Assembly: GCA_029932915.1 (NCBI GenBank)
Contig: JAOZPE010000001.1
Span: forward strand, 32,222-96,221
Length of the DNA stretch: 64,000 bases
DNA from: Candidatus Krumholzibacteriia bacterium
Lineage (GTDB): Bacteria; Krumholzibacteriota; Krumholzibacteriia; JAJRXK01
Reading direction: 5' to 3'
Shown here: positions 37,001 through 47,120 of the stretch, one piece after another
How positions within the stretch are numbered: the stretch's first letter is position 1
How the letters are laid out: every line of letters begins with the position of its first letter
Notes under the pieces: generated by a model
What the model saw: only the letters and a program-made list of their open reading frames with translations
The model's database searches: none
Told to the model about the DNA's origin: nothing
Program-made: the position numbers and the translations under genes

Positions 37001-37879
37001 CAAATGCGCAAGGATGTCCCGGCGCAGGGTGGGCTGGGCATCGGCTGCGGCAAAGAAATGGCGGGCCGAGGCCTCGGTGTCCCCGGTGGCCAGGGCCAAT
37101 TCACCGAGGGTCTTCAACCAGGTACCGCGGACCTCCTCGCTGGTCCGGTGGTCGCGGATCTGCTCGAGCAGCGAGGACGCCACCTCGGGTTCGGCCGAAG
37201 CCGCACTGAGGAAGGAGCAGGCCAGGGCCTCCTCACCGGCCTGCAGGGCGCACAGTCCCACCGCGGCGGCCAGTTCAGGCGAACGGGAGTGGATCTTCAT
37301 CTCCGCCTGGCACAACGGCAGAAGGGCTTTCGCCTGGTCCGGGACGGTCTCCAGCAGCATCCGCACCGCGCGGGCGAAGTCCTCCGGACGCTTCTGGGCG
37401 TGGGCGATCCCCAATTGGGTGGTGTGGCCCACCCGGCTCAGTTCGTCGGAGGGGTTGGCGGCCAACGAGCGCAGACGGACTGCCAGCTTCTTGCGGTAGG
37501 TCTCCAGGTCGTCGTCGCTGAGTCGGCCGATGACCTCCATCGCCTCGTCGATCTGGGACTTGGCCAGGTAGCGATCGACGAGGAATTCCCCCAGGGGCAG
37601 GATGGGCTCGGCCTCGTAGCGCTCGGTGACCGCTTCCAGGACCCTTCCGCGGCTGTCGGGGGCGTAGCGCAGGAGACTCTTCAACCACCGCAGTCCAATC
37701 GCATGATCGCCCAGGTCGAAGGCCACCATGGCCGCCTCGTACTGGTAGTGCGGCGTGTCGGGATGTTTGCGGGCCCAGTCCTGGAGCTGCTTGAGGGCCT
37801 TTTCCAGTTGTCCCTTGCTGCGCAGGCCCTGGATCTTGCGGAGGTTTTTCTCGAGATTGCGGTCCATGGTGCTCCCCAT
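34052..37879 (-). CDS. Giant (1275-aa) all-helical TPR-repeat protein
   Basis: The ORF runs uninterrupted in coding-typical frame with many TPR-like helix pairs throughout (for example AAMVAFDLGDHAIGLRWLKSLLRYAPD, RAQFLLGLASHRANDPDTAVTAFCTAARQD). It has no enzymatic motif. Confidence 0.7.
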   Translation of the reverse strand: MGSTMDRNLEKNLRKIQGLRSKGQLEKALKQLQDWARKHPDTPHYQYEAAMVAFDLGDHAIGLRWLKSLLRYAPDSRGRVLEAVTERYEAEPILPLGEFLVDRYLAKSQIDEAMEVIGRLSDDDLETYRKKLAVRLRSLAANPSDELSRVGHTTQLGIAHAQKRPEDFARAVRMLLETVPDQAKALLPLCQAEMKIHSRSPELAAAVGLCALQAGEEALACSFLSAASAEPEVASSLLEQIRDHRTSEEVRGTWLKTLGELALATGDTEASARHFFAAADAQPTLRRDILAHLENLPPSLEPSAAAPLWKLQLRLLVVMRKFNTVPQLIERLRKEGQVDPEELQALMGEGNDDGPAEAEMSYLLADAALQAKDLHAAAIHANEIPDQDEHTLNKLIRSIEKVLPQWEDEGRFELTAMQAVLYARLGQQHGANDTLAELWEQESDPRPLFAVTETCLQRIHPSARLLSAMLQPALEHGRSDLLAQALDGLLRHNAEDFKWTADDLVAHMDEHPEHAEHILKLLDGVDRELGASQLLRYPVACAALSCHQIQRAVPEFQILLMARPQLAEDVLSRLRRALVEEPDDADLNLAAFDLLWEAKEEEEAGQCLSRALRAQPERIEELSERFEQLLEKAPENSTLWLEYGEALYSVSRFSQLDALIQRAIVSSLAPTALADLRLLQARVLMDEGRLDDAVSHLELLLQEQEVSPQKAVETLRRLTEIDPDHGRAQFLLGLASHRANDPDTAVTAFCTAARQDRSLVAEVAQRLDALLSVPSVTGEHILQVADFDRRFRDADTAARGYERALRLQPEMADRILASLSEEIANPTAATPLRYAAARAARTAGKLEESCRILTEIYSQDTDEFKRVTTELRLSAREHPDELLPIHTSARILLAHKQIDSAAQLIVSAIGDGSHPVEERRAILEEFHQRIPEHGGLTMELAKLHVEAGERDEAARLLWKVVANEDLDVDRALAICRQALDGASEHGELRLLHHDLLLRLGRVEEALEALPDPSALGQDRQEALSERLAAAPRRGHVRVLFVLNQAESLRQAGRREESVAVLRKAFEKAEGEDRVRLGSELARGLEHLGRHDEALEIFKGLAHGDMEWTEIYAMVGRWKIERLDRESKALRERIENDPGDDEARLTLAALLLERDEAEEAAATLSEANCAGEQALRRACLLADAYLRRDRVTRAEAVLKSIESRAEDFWVDEIGWRLAECAARSGRHAEAFARYQLLFDNQRYGTRARERASKAYGRYLSDLAGEYKAVLSKVSTL

Positions 37880-38067
37880 GCGGGCAAAATGCGGATTTCA
37901 GGCCCCGCTGAGCGGTGGTCGCAGGGGCCCCGGCTTCAGCAGCGAAAGTCGTACCAATCGGCCGCTACGGGGACGGATCTTCCGCCACGGGAAGCCGGCG
38001 GGAACGAAAAGACTCCCCACCCGGGCAGGGGGGGAGTCTCGTGGGCCGAATCGGAACGGTGCGGCGA

Positions 38068-38502
38068 TCAGCGTGCCCGAGGCTGGGGCAGATCCGGATC
38101 GGGAACGGTCACCTGGACCGGAGCGCTGCGGCCGCTCTCGTTGCGATGGATGTCGCGGGCCGCCACCGAGTACCAGTAGGTGTGTCCCGGCTGGGCGTCG
38201 GTGTCCACGTAGGAGTTGGTGGTGACCGTGCCGTGGGTCAGGGGCAGATAGCCCGAGTCGGCCGCGTTGCTGCGGTAGACCACGTAGCCCGCCAGATCGG
38301 GATCGACCGTGTTGGCGGCCCAGCTCAGGGACACCGACGAAGTCGTCAGGATGTCACCGGAGAGATCCAGCGGGATGGTGGGGGGAACCGTGTCCAGGGT
38401 CGGATCGGTGGTGCCGACCTCGTTGCTGCAGCCGGCGAAGAGCGCGAACGAAACCGTCGCCACCACCAGCAGGATGAGAGAAACGCGGGGGGTGCTTGCC
38501 AT
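38068..38502 (-). CDS. Lipoprotein with fibronectin type III-like domain
   Basis: It has a lipobox (LILLVVATVSFALFAGCSN). The Fn3 pattern (LSWAANTVDPDLAGYVVYRS...YWYSVAARD) is present. A GGAGG RBS precedes Met58 of the track ORF. Confidence 0.55.
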   Translation of the reverse strand: MASTPRVSLILLVVATVSFALFAGCSNEVGTTDPTLDTVPPTIPLDLSGDILTTSSVSLSWAANTVDPDLAGYVVYRSNAADSGYLPLTHGTVTTNSYVDTDAQPGHTYWYSVAARDIHRNESGRSAPVQVTVPDPDLPQPRAR

Positions 38503-38971
38503 GATCAGGGACCTCCACTCCAGACAGATGCAGAATCGAGTCGCGTCGTCCATCGGGCGCCGCATCGACCCCCGCCTACGGCGGGATCCTCCCGGTCGAA
38601 TGCGCGCTCCCCGTTCCTGCCTTTCGAGCAAAGGAAGTGCCAGCCTTCCGGGCCGTCTGGGTGGATTCTTCAAGTTATTGAAAACACATCAGTTGAGTGG
38701 TCATTGGGCAAATCCCGCAGGCGGCGGTGAGCAAGATCCGTCGCCTCGGCCCCTCCGTCCTCCTCATTTTGAAAGCCCCAGGGAGAATCTGCACGGCCGC
38801 CCGCCGACGGCGACCGGCGGGTGGGGAAGGCGGTGCGCGGGGACTTGGCCCAAAGTCCATGTTGACAACAGGTTAGATGGGGCGTATCCCTTGAGACGCG
38901 GCTGGGGACGGTTCCGGCCGGCCGGAGAGGGGTTTCTCCGGTTTCGATCTCTCCATCCCACGGGTGTTCCC

Positions 38972-39250
38972 ATGACCAAACAGGACATCGTCGAGGACAT
39001 CGCCTTGCGGACCGGCCTCACCAAGAAGGAGGTCGCCGAAGCCGTCGAACTCTTCCTGAAGAAGATCGGCGAGGCGCTCGCGGAGGGAAAGCATCTGGAG
39101 ATCCGGGGCTTCGGCACCTTCAAGGTGAAGGAGCGCAAGGCCCGGATGGCGCGCAATCCCCGCACCGGCGAGGCGGTTCCCGTGCCCGAACGCCGGGTCC
39201 CCGTCTTCAAGGTGAGCAAGGTGCTCAAGGACCGGGTGGCCCTGACCTGA
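38972..39250 (+). CDS. HU/IHF-family nucleoid-associated DNA-binding protein
   Basis: MTKQDIVEDIALRTGLTKKEVAEAVELFLKKIGEALAEGKHLEIRGFGTFKVKERKARMARNPRTGE is the canonical HU/IHF fold, with the GFGTF..R.AR.GRNP.TGE arm motif. Confidence 0.85.
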   Translation: MTKQDIVEDIALRTGLTKKEVAEAVELFLKKIGEALAEGKHLEIRGFGTFKVKERKARMARNPRTGEAVPVPERRVPVFKVSKVLKDRVALT

Positions 39251-39328
39251 CCCTTCCAGGGACTCGATGCCCTCCGCCTGAGTCTTCCGCCGGTGGAGGA
39301 ATGAGCCTCAAAGCGGGACCATCCATCC

Positions 39329-40351
39329 ATGGAACGGCTCGATTTTCGAAGCGATACCATCACCCGTCCGGATGAGGCGATGCGTCATGTCATCGCGCAG
39401 GCCGAGGTCGGCGACGACGTCTTCGGAGACGATCCCACCGTCCTGCATCTGCAGGAGAGGGTGGCCGGGATGCTGGGCACCGAGGACGCGCTGTTCGTGC
39501 CCAGTGGAACCATGGGCAACCAGATCGCCCTGGCCCTGCATACCCAACCGGGCGACCAGATCATCCTCGAGGCCGACAGCCACATCTATCACTACGAAGC
39601 CGGAGCCGCGGCCGCCCTTTCCGGTCTGTGGCCCACTCTGGTCTCCGCCCCCGGCGGCGCGCTGCACTGGGCACAGGTGGAGGAGGTGCTGAACCCCGAT
39701 GACGTCCACAAGCCCCGTCCCGCGCTGGTCTGCCTGGAGAACACGCACAACCGGGCCGGTGGAGCAGTCGTTCCCCTCGAGCTCATCGACGAGGTGGCCG
39801 AAGGCTGCCATCGCCGCGGGCTGAAGCTGCATCTCGATGGGGCCCGCCTGTGGAACGCGGCCGTGGCGACGGGCATTCCCCTGGAGCGCTGGTGCCGGGG
39901 TGTCGATACCGTATCGGTCTGCTTCTCCAAGGGCCTCGGTGCGCCGGTGGGCTCGTGCCTGGCCGGCACGCGGGAGGACATGCAGGAGGCGCGGAGGTTG
40001 CGCAAGCGCCTCGGAGGGGGAATGCGTCAGGTGGGCCTGCTCGCGGCCGCCTGTCTGTACGCCCTCGATCACAATCTCGATCGTCTGGCCGAGGACCACG
40101 AGAACGCGCGTCTGATCGCCGAGGGTCTCGACCATCCCCGTCTGCGGGTGGCGGTGATGCCCGACACGAACATCCTGCTCATCGATCTGGACGAGGACAT
40201 CGCGGCCGACGGATTCTTGCATCTTCTCGCTGAGCGGGGTGTCCTGGGCGTGGCATTCGGCGAGCACCGCATCCGGCTGACCACCCACAAGGACGTCTCG
40301 CGTGAGGACTGCCGCAGGGCGGTCGAGATCCTCAATGGTCTGGAGATTTGA
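39329..40351 (+). CDS. ltaE: Low-specificity L-threonine aldolase
   Basis: DFRSDTITRPDEAMRHV...GDDVFGDDPTV and the PLP-lysine context (CFSKGLGAPVGS) identify it. Confidence 0.8.
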   Translation: MERLDFRSDTITRPDEAMRHVIAQAEVGDDVFGDDPTVLHLQERVAGMLGTEDALFVPSGTMGNQIALALHTQPGDQIILEADSHIYHYEAGAAAALSGLWPTLVSAPGGALHWAQVEEVLNPDDVHKPRPALVCLENTHNRAGGAVVPLELIDEVAEGCHRRGLKLHLDGARLWNAAVATGIPLERWCRGVDTVSVCFSKGLGAPVGSCLAGTREDMQEARRLRKRLGGGMRQVGLLAAACLYALDHNLDRLAEDHENARLIAEGLDHPRLRVAVMPDTNILLIDLDEDIAADGFLHLLAERGVLGVAFGEHRIRLTTHKDVSREDCRRAVEILNGLEI

Positions 40352-40375
40352 GATGAAGGCAAGGGAGGCCGGGCG

Positions 40376-41707
40376 ATGAAGATCATCATCGTCGGGGCGG
40401 GAGCGGTAGGTTCGATCGTGGCCGAGAGGCTCAGCCGCGCCAACCACGACGTCATCCTCATCGAAGCGGAGGACTCGGTGGTGGCCGAGGCGCAGGAGCA
40501 TCTGGATGCCCTGGTGCTGCAGGGCAACGGCGCCACCATCCCCGTTCTCAAGCAGGCCGAGGTCGAGAAGGCCGACATCCTCATCGCGGTCACCAACGTC
40601 GATGAGATCAACATCCTGGCGTGTCTCACCGCGCATCGTCTGGGTGTGCCCACCAAGGTCGCCCGGGTGCGCAACGAGGAGTACTACGTCGGCGAGAAGG
40701 CGTGTTTCGACGAGATCGACCACCTCATCAATCCCGACCGCGAGGCGGTCAAGGCGCTGCACGAACTGTTGATCAAGCAGGCGGCCACGGACATCTACGA
40801 GTTCGCCGAAGGACGGGTGCAGGTGATCGGGGCCCGGGTCGGCGCGGGCGCGATGGTGGTGGGCAAGAGTCTCGGAGAGATCGGCCGCGAGATCGGATCG
40901 CGCTGGGCCCTGGTGGCGTCGATCACCCGCGGAGGAAAGACCATCATTCCCTGCGGCGAGGATGTCCTGCAGGAGGACGACCAGGTCTTCCTGGTGGGCC
41001 GGCGCGGCAAGATCGAGGAGAGCCTGAAGTATCTGGCCCTGCCCACCGCTCCGGTCGAATCGGTGATGATCGCCGGCGCCAATCCCATCGGGGTGAGTCT
41101 GACCCGCATGCTCAGTGAGCGGGGCATCGCGGTGAAGTTGCTGGAACCCGATTCGTCGCTGGCGCACAAGGCCAGCATGAAATTGGACAATGCACTGGTC
41201 CTGCTGGGCGATCCCACCGATCTGGAGTTCCTCCAGAGCGAGGGCCTGGAGGACGTCGACGGGTTCGTCGCCGTCAGCGAGGACGACGACATGAATCTCA
41301 TGGCCAGCCTCCTCGCCCGCACCCACGGTGCGCGCAAGACCATCGCGCTGATCCGGCGTCCAAACTACGTTCCCCTGCTGTCGACCATCGGGGTGGACGC
41401 CGCCGTCTCACCGCGCCTGTCGACCGCCGATGCGATCATGCGCTACTTCCGCCGGGGCAACATGTTGAGCCTCACCTCGCTCAAGGAGAACGAGGCGGAG
41501 ATCATCGAACTCGAGGCGACGGAGAAGTCGAAGGTGGTGGGTGTCCCCATCTCCGAGCTCGAATTCGTGGACAACGCCCTGTTGGGCGCCATCATCAAAC
41601 CGTATCAAGTGGTGATCCCCCGCGGCGGCGACGTGATCGAGGCCGGCGACAAGGTGCTGGTCTTCGCGCTTCCCAAGGCGGTCTCGGCCGTACAGAAACT
41701 CTTCTAG
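40376..41707 (+). CDS. trkA: Trk potassium uptake system NAD-binding subunit TrkA (two RCK_N/RCK_C pairs)
   Basis: The Rossmann motif occurs twice (MKIIIVGAGAVGSIVAERL and SVMIAGANPIGVSLTRML), each followed by an RCK_C domain. Confidence 0.85.
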   Translation: MKIIIVGAGAVGSIVAERLSRANHDVILIEAEDSVVAEAQEHLDALVLQGNGATIPVLKQAEVEKADILIAVTNVDEINILACLTAHRLGVPTKVARVRNEEYYVGEKACFDEIDHLINPDREAVKALHELLIKQAATDIYEFAEGRVQVIGARVGAGAMVVGKSLGEIGREIGSRWALVASITRGGKTIIPCGEDVLQEDDQVFLVGRRGKIEESLKYLALPTAPVESVMIAGANPIGVSLTRMLSERGIAVKLLEPDSSLAHKASMKLDNALVLLGDPTDLEFLQSEGLEDVDGFVAVSEDDDMNLMASLLARTHGARKTIALIRRPNYVPLLSTIGVDAAVSPRLSTADAIMRYFRRGNMLSLTSLKENEAEIIELEATEKSKVVGVPISELEFVDNALLGAIIKPYQVVIPRGGDVIEAGDKVLVFALPKAVSAVQKLF

Positions 41708-41713
41708 CGGCAG

Positions 41714-43168
41714 GTGACGAAGGTGAACCCCCGCGTGGTCCTGAAGGTCCTGGGTCTGCTCGTCTTCGCCACGGCATCGGCCATGATCCTGCCTCTGGCC
41801 GCCGCGTTCTACTACGGCGAGAGCGAAGCTGTCATCTTCAGCGCGTGCATGGTCGGCGGTGTGCTGGTGGGGGGTGGACTCGCCCTCTTCGGCCGCGGCC
41901 GCCACGATCTCAGTGGCCGAGACGGCTTCCTCATCGTCACCTTCGGCTGGCTCGTGGTGGCCCTGATCGGTGCCCTGCCCTTCGTCATCAGCGGTTCCAT
42001 CCCCGACTTCACCGACGCCTACTTCGAGTCGATGAGCGGTTTCACCACCACCGGTGCGAGCATCCTCACCGACATCGAGGCCCAGCCCCATTCGATGCTC
42101 TTGTGGCGCTCACTGGTGCAGTGGCTCGGGGGAATGGGCATCGTGGTGTTGAGCCTGGCCATCCTTCCCGTCCTGGGCATCGGGGGAATGCAGCTCTTCC
42201 GGGCCGAGGCGCCCGGTCCCACCCCCGACCGCCTGACCCCGCGTATCAAGGAGACGGCCAAACTGCTGTGGGGAGTCTACGTGCTGATCTCCGCGGCGGA
42301 GGTCCTGGCCCTGGTGCTCACCGGCCTGTCCCCCTACGACGCCCTGTGCCATACCTTCACCACCATGGCCACCGGAGGTTTCTCCACCCGGAACGCCTCG
42401 GTGGCCGCCTTCGGCAATCCGGCGGCGGAGATCGTCATCACCGTCTTCATGTTCATCGCCGGGGCGAACTTCTCGCTGCACTTCTCCGCGTTGCGGGGAC
42501 GTCTGGGCAGCTATTTCCGCGACGACGAGTTCAAGACCTATCTCACCGTCACCGTGGCGGCGTCGGCCATCATCTTCCTCTCGAACCTGCATCTGGGAGA
42601 GATGGCGATCGGGAGGAACCTGCGGGGCAGTGTCTTCCAGGTGGTTTCCATCCTGACCACCACCGGTTTCGGGACCGAGGACTACGAACGGTGGGGACAC
42701 ATGGCGGTGTACCTGCTGCTGGTGTTGATGTTCATCGGCGGATCGGCGGGCTCCACCGGGGGCGGGATGAAGAACGTCCGCTTTCTGATCTTCCTGCGGC
42801 ATGCCTTCAACGAACTGCGCAAGTTGCTGCACCCGCGAGGGGTCTACGCCATCCGTTTCAACCACGCTGCGGTCGCTCCGGAGATCGTGACCAACATCCT
42901 CGGCTTCATCCTCCTGATGACGATCATCACGACCGTGGCCACCTTCCTGATGACCCTGGTCGGGTTGGATCTGGTCTCGGCGTTCTCCAGCGTGGCCGCC
43001 ACGCTGAACAACATCGGCCCCGGAGCGGGCAGTGTCGGGCCCACCGACAACTACGCGCATGTTCCGGTGATCGGGAAGTGGGTTCTCATCTTCTGCATGC
43101 TCCTCGGGAGGCTCGAGATCTATACTGTGCTCGTTCTCTTCGCTCCGGAGTTCTGGCGCCGGCATTGA
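41714..43168 (+). CDS. trkH: Trk-type K+ transporter membrane subunit TrkH
   Basis: Four M1-P-M2 repeats carry the selectivity-filter glycines (TTTGAS, TMATGGFS, TTTGFGT, GSTGGG). Confidence 0.85.
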   Translation: MTKVNPRVVLKVLGLLVFATASAMILPLAAAFYYGESEAVIFSACMVGGVLVGGGLALFGRGRHDLSGRDGFLIVTFGWLVVALIGALPFVISGSIPDFTDAYFESMSGFTTTGASILTDIEAQPHSMLLWRSLVQWLGGMGIVVLSLAILPVLGIGGMQLFRAEAPGPTPDRLTPRIKETAKLLWGVYVLISAAEVLALVLTGLSPYDALCHTFTTMATGGFSTRNASVAAFGNPAAEIVITVFMFIAGANFSLHFSALRGRLGSYFRDDEFKTYLTVTVAASAIIFLSNLHLGEMAIGRNLRGSVFQVVSILTTTGFGTEDYERWGHMAVYLLLVLMFIGGSAGSTGGGMKNVRFLIFLRHAFNELRKLLHPRGVYAIRFNHAAVAPEIVTNILGFILLMTIITTVATFLMTLVGLDLVSAFSSVAATLNNIGPGAGSVGPTDNYAHVPVIGKWVLIFCMLLGRLEIYTVLVLFAPEFWRRH

Positions 43169-43255
43169 GATCATCGGAGCCGAGGGGGCAAGGGGGAACG
43201 AGGGTGCCGGCCCCGACGGAACCGTAGTCGTGTACCTGCAAGGAAAGGGAAGGAC

Positions 43256-44149
43256 ATGGACCTGAGAATCGGCCTGGCACAGTGTGATCTCCGCCTGGGC
43301 GATGTGACGGCCAACGCGGAGGAACACCGCAAGTGGATCGAACGGGCGCGGAAGGAGGGGGTCGACCTGCTGGTGTTCCCCGAGCTCTCCCTCACCGGCT
43401 ATCTCCTGCAGGACATGGTGGGTGACGTCGCCCTGCGCGCGGACGATCCGGTCCTGGGGAAACTGGCCGCCGATGCGGGCGAGATGTCCGTCATCGCGGG
43501 AGGAATCGAGGAGAGCGAGGAGCACGCCCAGTACATCGCCTCGTTCTACATGGAAGAGGGAGCGGTCCGTCATGTGCACCGGAAGGTGTACCTGGCCAGC
43601 TACGGCGTCTTCGACGAGGCGCGCTTCGTCGGCGCCGGAGGAAGCATCGCCGCCGCCGACACCCGCTTCGGAAGACTCGGCCTGTCCATCTGCGAGGATG
43701 CCTGGCACCCCTCCATGATCACCACCTTGCTGCTCGATGGCGCCCAGCTCGTGGTGGTCCAGACCGCCAGCCCGGTGCGCGACCTCCGGGAAGGGGAGAT
43801 CCCCCAGAACGCGCTGACCTGGGTCGATACCCTGCGGACCTACGCCCGGCTCTACGGTTGCTACATCGCCTTCTGCAACCGGGTGGGAGCCGAGGATGGA
43901 CTCGTGTTCTGGGGGCGCAGCGTCCTCATCGGTCCCGACGGTGAGGAGATCGCCGTCGGTGCGCTCTACGATGAGGACCTGGTGGTTGCCAAGATCGACT
44001 TCGAGCGGGTACGGCAGGCGCGTCTGAGCAACCCGGTGCTGCGGGACGAGAAGCTCGACCTGACCCGGCGGGAGTGGTCGCGCATCGCGGAGCGCCGCAG
44101 CCGTGCCGCCGGCGGTGATGGCGAGATGGAAGGGGAGCAGGGGTCATGA
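43256..44149 (+). CDS. Carbon-nitrogen hydrolase (nitrilase superfamily) protein, likely the glutaminase partner of NadE
   Basis: It has the Glu-Lys-Cys triad context ([26 protein letters not shown]). It lies immediately upstream of nadE and overlaps it by 4 nt. Confidence 0.75.
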   Translation: MDLRIGLAQCDLRLGDVTANAEEHRKWIERARKEGVDLLVFPELSLTGYLLQDMVGDVALRADDPVLGKLAADAGEMSVIAGGIEESEEHAQYIASFYMEEGAVRHVHRKVYLASYGVFDEARFVGAGGSIAAADTRFGRLGLSICEDAWHPSMITTLLLDGAQLVVVQTASPVRDLREGEIPQNALTWVDTLRTYARLYGCYIAFCNRVGAEDGLVFWGRSVLIGPDGEEIAVGALYDEDLVVAKIDFERVRQARLSNPVLRDEKLDLTRREWSRIAERRSRAAGGDGEMEGEQGS

Positions 44150-45003
44150 ACGCCGGCTCGTCGCCCCCTTCTCCCCATGCCGGCGATCTGCCCCGTCTCG
44201 ATGACGAGGCGGTGGTCTCGGTCCTGTGCCGGGGTCTGCGGCGGGAGGTCCAGCGCGCTGCTTTCTCCAAGGTCGTACTGGGACTCTCCGGCGGGATCGA
44301 CTCCACGCTGGTGGCCTATCTGGCGGCGCGTGCGTTCTCCCCGGAGAACGTCCTGGCCCTGCTCATGCCCTACCGCAGCAGCTCGGCCGACAGCCTCCGG
44401 CACGGGCGCGTGGTGGTGGACGCTCTGGGCATCCGGGCAGTCGAGGAGGAGATCACCCCGCAGATCGATGCCTACTTCGAACGGCACGGCGAAGCCGACC
44501 GCTCGCGCCGGGGCAACAAGATGGCGCGCGAGCGCATGACCATCCTCTACGACCACAGTCAGGCCGAAGGCGCCCTCGTCCTGGGAACCTCCAACAAGAC
44601 CGAGCTGCTGCTGGGCTACTCGACCATCTACGGCGATTCGGCCAGCGCGGTGAATCCCATCGGCGATCTGTACAAGACCCAGGTCTTCGCCGTCTCCCGC
44701 TGGTTGGGGGTGCCCGAGGAGATCGTGGACAAGGCGCCCAGCGCCGATCTGTGGGTGGGCCAGACCGACGAGGACGAGCTGGGTTTCTCCTACGCCGAGG
44801 TCGATCGCCTGCTCTACCACATGGTCGATCGCCGCGAACGCCGGCAGGGCTTGCTGCGCTTGGGTTTCTCGGCCGAGCTCATCGACCGCGTCTTCGAGCT
44901 GATGCGCCGAAGCCAGTACAAGCGGAAGATGCCGGTCATCGTGAAGCTGAGCAATCGCACCGTCGACAAGGACTTCCTCTATCCCCGCGACTGGACCGGA
45001 TGA
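44146..45003 (+). CDS. nadE: NAD+ synthetase NadE (ATP pyrophosphatase domain)
   Basis: It has the P-loop SGGxDS ([16 protein letters not shown]). Confidence 0.85.
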   Translation: MNAGSSPPSPHAGDLPRLDDEAVVSVLCRGLRREVQRAAFSKVVLGLSGGIDSTLVAYLAARAFSPENVLALLMPYRSSSADSLRHGRVVVDALGIRAVEEEITPQIDAYFERHGEADRSRRGNKMARERMTILYDHSQAEGALVLGTSNKTELLLGYSTIYGDSASAVNPIGDLYKTQVFAVSRWLGVPEEIVDKAPSADLWVGQTDEDELGFSYAEVDRLLYHMVDRRERRQGLLRLGFSAELIDRVFELMRRSQYKRKMPVIVKLSNRTVDKDFLYPRDWTG

Positions 45004-45677
45004 CCGCCGTGCTCACCCTCGTCGCCACCCCCATCGGCAATGTCGACGACCTGCCGCCTCGCGCGATCGAGGTGATGCGGCGCGCCCAGTGGCTCTACGC
45101 GGAGGACACCCGGCACACCGGACGCCTGCTGGCGCGTCTGGGTATCGAGAAGAAGCTCCGTTCGTGCCACGATCACAACGAGAGACAGAGGGCCGAGGAG
45201 ATCGTCGCCCATCTTCGCCGTGGGGAGGAGGTCGCCCTGGTGAGCGACGCCGGAATGCCGGGTGTGGCCGACCCCGGTTACCGGGTGGTCCGCGCGGCGA
45301 TCGAGGCCGGTTTCGCGGTGAGCATGGTTCCCGGTCCGTCGAGCATCCTCATGGCCCTGGTCCTCAGCGGTTTCCCCACCGACCGCTTCGTCTTCGAGGG
45401 CTGGATGGCCCGCCGTCAAGGGCGTCTGCGCGCACAGATCGAGAGTTGGGTGGATGAGGAGAGGACCATCGTGGTCCTCGAATCGAACCACCGTCTGCTC
45501 AAGAGCCTGCCGCTGCTTGCCGAACTGCTTCCCCAGCGGCCGATGGCCGTCTGCCGCGAGTTGACCAAGCTCCATGAGGAGATCCGGCGCGGAAGCGCGG
45601 CCCAGCTCCTCGATCACTACCGCGAGCACCGTCCCAAGGGCGAGATCGTCCTGGTGATCGCCCCCGGCTTGGCTTGA
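45000..45677 (+). CDS. rsmI: 16S rRNA (cytidine1402-2'-O)-methyltransferase RsmI
   Basis: [40 protein letters not shown]...[16 protein letters not shown] is a tetrapyrrole-methylase fold of RsmI type. ATG overlaps the nadE stop. Confidence 0.8.
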   Translation: MTAVLTLVATPIGNVDDLPPRAIEVMRRAQWLYAEDTRHTGRLLARLGIEKKLRSCHDHNERQRAEEIVAHLRRGEEVALVSDAGMPGVADPGYRVVRAAIEAGFAVSMVPGPSSILMALVLSGFPTDRFVFEGWMARRQGRLRAQIESWVDEERTIVVLESNHRLLKSLPLLAELLPQRPMAVCRELTKLHEEIRRGSAAQLLDHYREHRPKGEIVLVIAPGLA

Positions 45678-45709
45678 CACCGTTCCATCGGCAGGGTTGA
45701 CTGACAGCC

Positions 45710-46315
45710 ATGAGCAAACTCGATCTCCACGATGCGGTACGGGGGAAGGTCACCCCACTCGTGGCCGCGCTGGACAGGGTGGGTTTCACCCCGACCAGCC
45801 TGACCTTCCTGGGTCTCCTTCTGAACTTCGGTGCAGCCTGGGTGGTGTGGGAAGGCCACCTCTTCTGGGGCGGACTGGCCTTCCTCCTGGCCAGCGCCTT
45901 CGACATGCTCGACGGGGCCCTGGCCCGCCGGCAGGGGAGGGTCACCGAGCTCGGCGCCTTCCTCGATTCCACCTTCGACCGGGTCAGCGAGACCGCACTC
46001 TTCGTCGCCCTCCTGCACGACCAGGCCCATCATGCCTATTCGCTGCCCTGGATCGGCGAGATCACCCTCATCGCGCTGGCCGGATCGCTGACCATCAGCT
46101 ATGCGCGGGCGCGGGCCGAGGGACTGCGGACCGAGTGCAAGGTGGGGTGGCTGGAACGACCGGAGCGCATCGTCCTGCTCGGGGTGGGTCTGCTCCTGGG
46201 GCGACCCGTCCTGGGTTTCGTGCTCTTCGCCCTGGCGCCCTTGACCTGGATCACGGTGATCCAGCGGATCGCCCACGTATGGCCCAAGCTGAATCGCCCG
46301 CCGCAGGACGATTGA
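45710..46315 (+). CDS. CDP-alcohol phosphatidyltransferase family protein
   Basis: The D(x2)DG(x2)AR...G(x3)D(x3)D motif is present (DMLDGALARRQGRVTELGAFLDSTFDRVSE), with 5-6 TM helices. Confidence 0.75.
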   Translation: MSKLDLHDAVRGKVTPLVAALDRVGFTPTSLTFLGLLLNFGAAWVVWEGHLFWGGLAFLLASAFDMLDGALARRQGRVTELGAFLDSTFDRVSETALFVALLHDQAHHAYSLPWIGEITLIALAGSLTISYARARAEGLRTECKVGWLERPERIVLLGVGLLLGRPVLGFVLFALAPLTWITVIQRIAHVWPKLNRPPQDD

Positions 46316-46930
46316 TCAGTGGGGTCCCGATCCCCGGGGAGAGATCCAGCCTTGGATCTCACCGTCCGGGTGGCTCTCAGTGGACACCCGCACGTAGGTG
46401 TCGCCGTCGGCCATGGCCCGGGCGAAATCGTCGAGACTCATGCCGGCCAAGGGGCCGAGCAGCTCGGAGGACTCGATCCTTCCCCAGGCCAGCACTCCGT
46501 TCACCCGTCCCTCCCAGGTCACCGGCGGAGGGCCATCGGGGTAAAGCCACGTCACCACCGGGTCATCCGCTCCGTCGACGGCTAGGTATACCCGGGCCAT
46601 CGTCACATCCTCGATATTGGAGACGATGAGCCGGAAGTAGAGGATGCTACCGTCGAGCGAGCGCTGGAACCAGGCCTGCCCCCGGGCGTGCGTGGTGACT
46701 TCCAGTTCGTCGCCGTTGAGCACCGCGCGGAAGTTGCGGGTACGCCTGTCTTCGCTGCGGTCCTGGGAAGGCCGGAGGGTGTCGGGAAGCTCGAGGCGGC
46801 CGTTTCCGGCGTCGCTCATCTCCACCGGGGCGGCGGCGCCATCGACGGCGGTGGGGGCCTCGCCGGAGCAGGCGGCCAGACCCAGCAGGAGTGCCATCGT
46901 CAGCACTGTGAGCCAGCTTGCAGGGCGCAT
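46316..46930 (-). CDS. CHRD-domain lipoprotein
   Basis: It has a lipobox (LTVLTMALLLGLAACSG). CHRD-like conserved His/Arg/Asp segments are present (YFRLIVSNIED..ARVYLAVDG; YVRVSTESHPDGEIQGWI). Confidence 0.55.
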   Translation of the reverse strand: MRPASWLTVLTMALLLGLAACSGEAPTAVDGAAAPVEMSDAGNGRLELPDTLRPSQDRSEDRRTRNFRAVLNGDELEVTTHARGQAWFQRSLDGSILYFRLIVSNIEDVTMARVYLAVDGADDPVVTWLYPDGPPPVTWEGRVNGVLAWGRIESSELLGPLAGMSLDDFARAMADGDTYVRVSTESHPDGEIQGWISPRGSGPH

Positions 46931-47120
46931 GGGGAATCTCTCCTTGGCAGCGGTATGAAGGGCCCCAGAGAACTCCGGAACCATTCTAACACGGATGAGT
47001 GCGGCGCGGGTGCAGCGCAGCCAGGCTGGTCAGCGGCCGGTGAAGGCCGTACACTCCCTGCGGTTTCCCGTCGCTCTTCTCCGGGTCCCATCCGGCCCTG
47101 GGTTTCCGTGGAGGTTGGGT

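Noticed and set aside
38862-38890. TTGACA-N17-TATCCC as a promoter for the HU gene
   Set aside because: The -10 hexamer lacks the conserved final T and A-rich core. It remains only a weak candidate.
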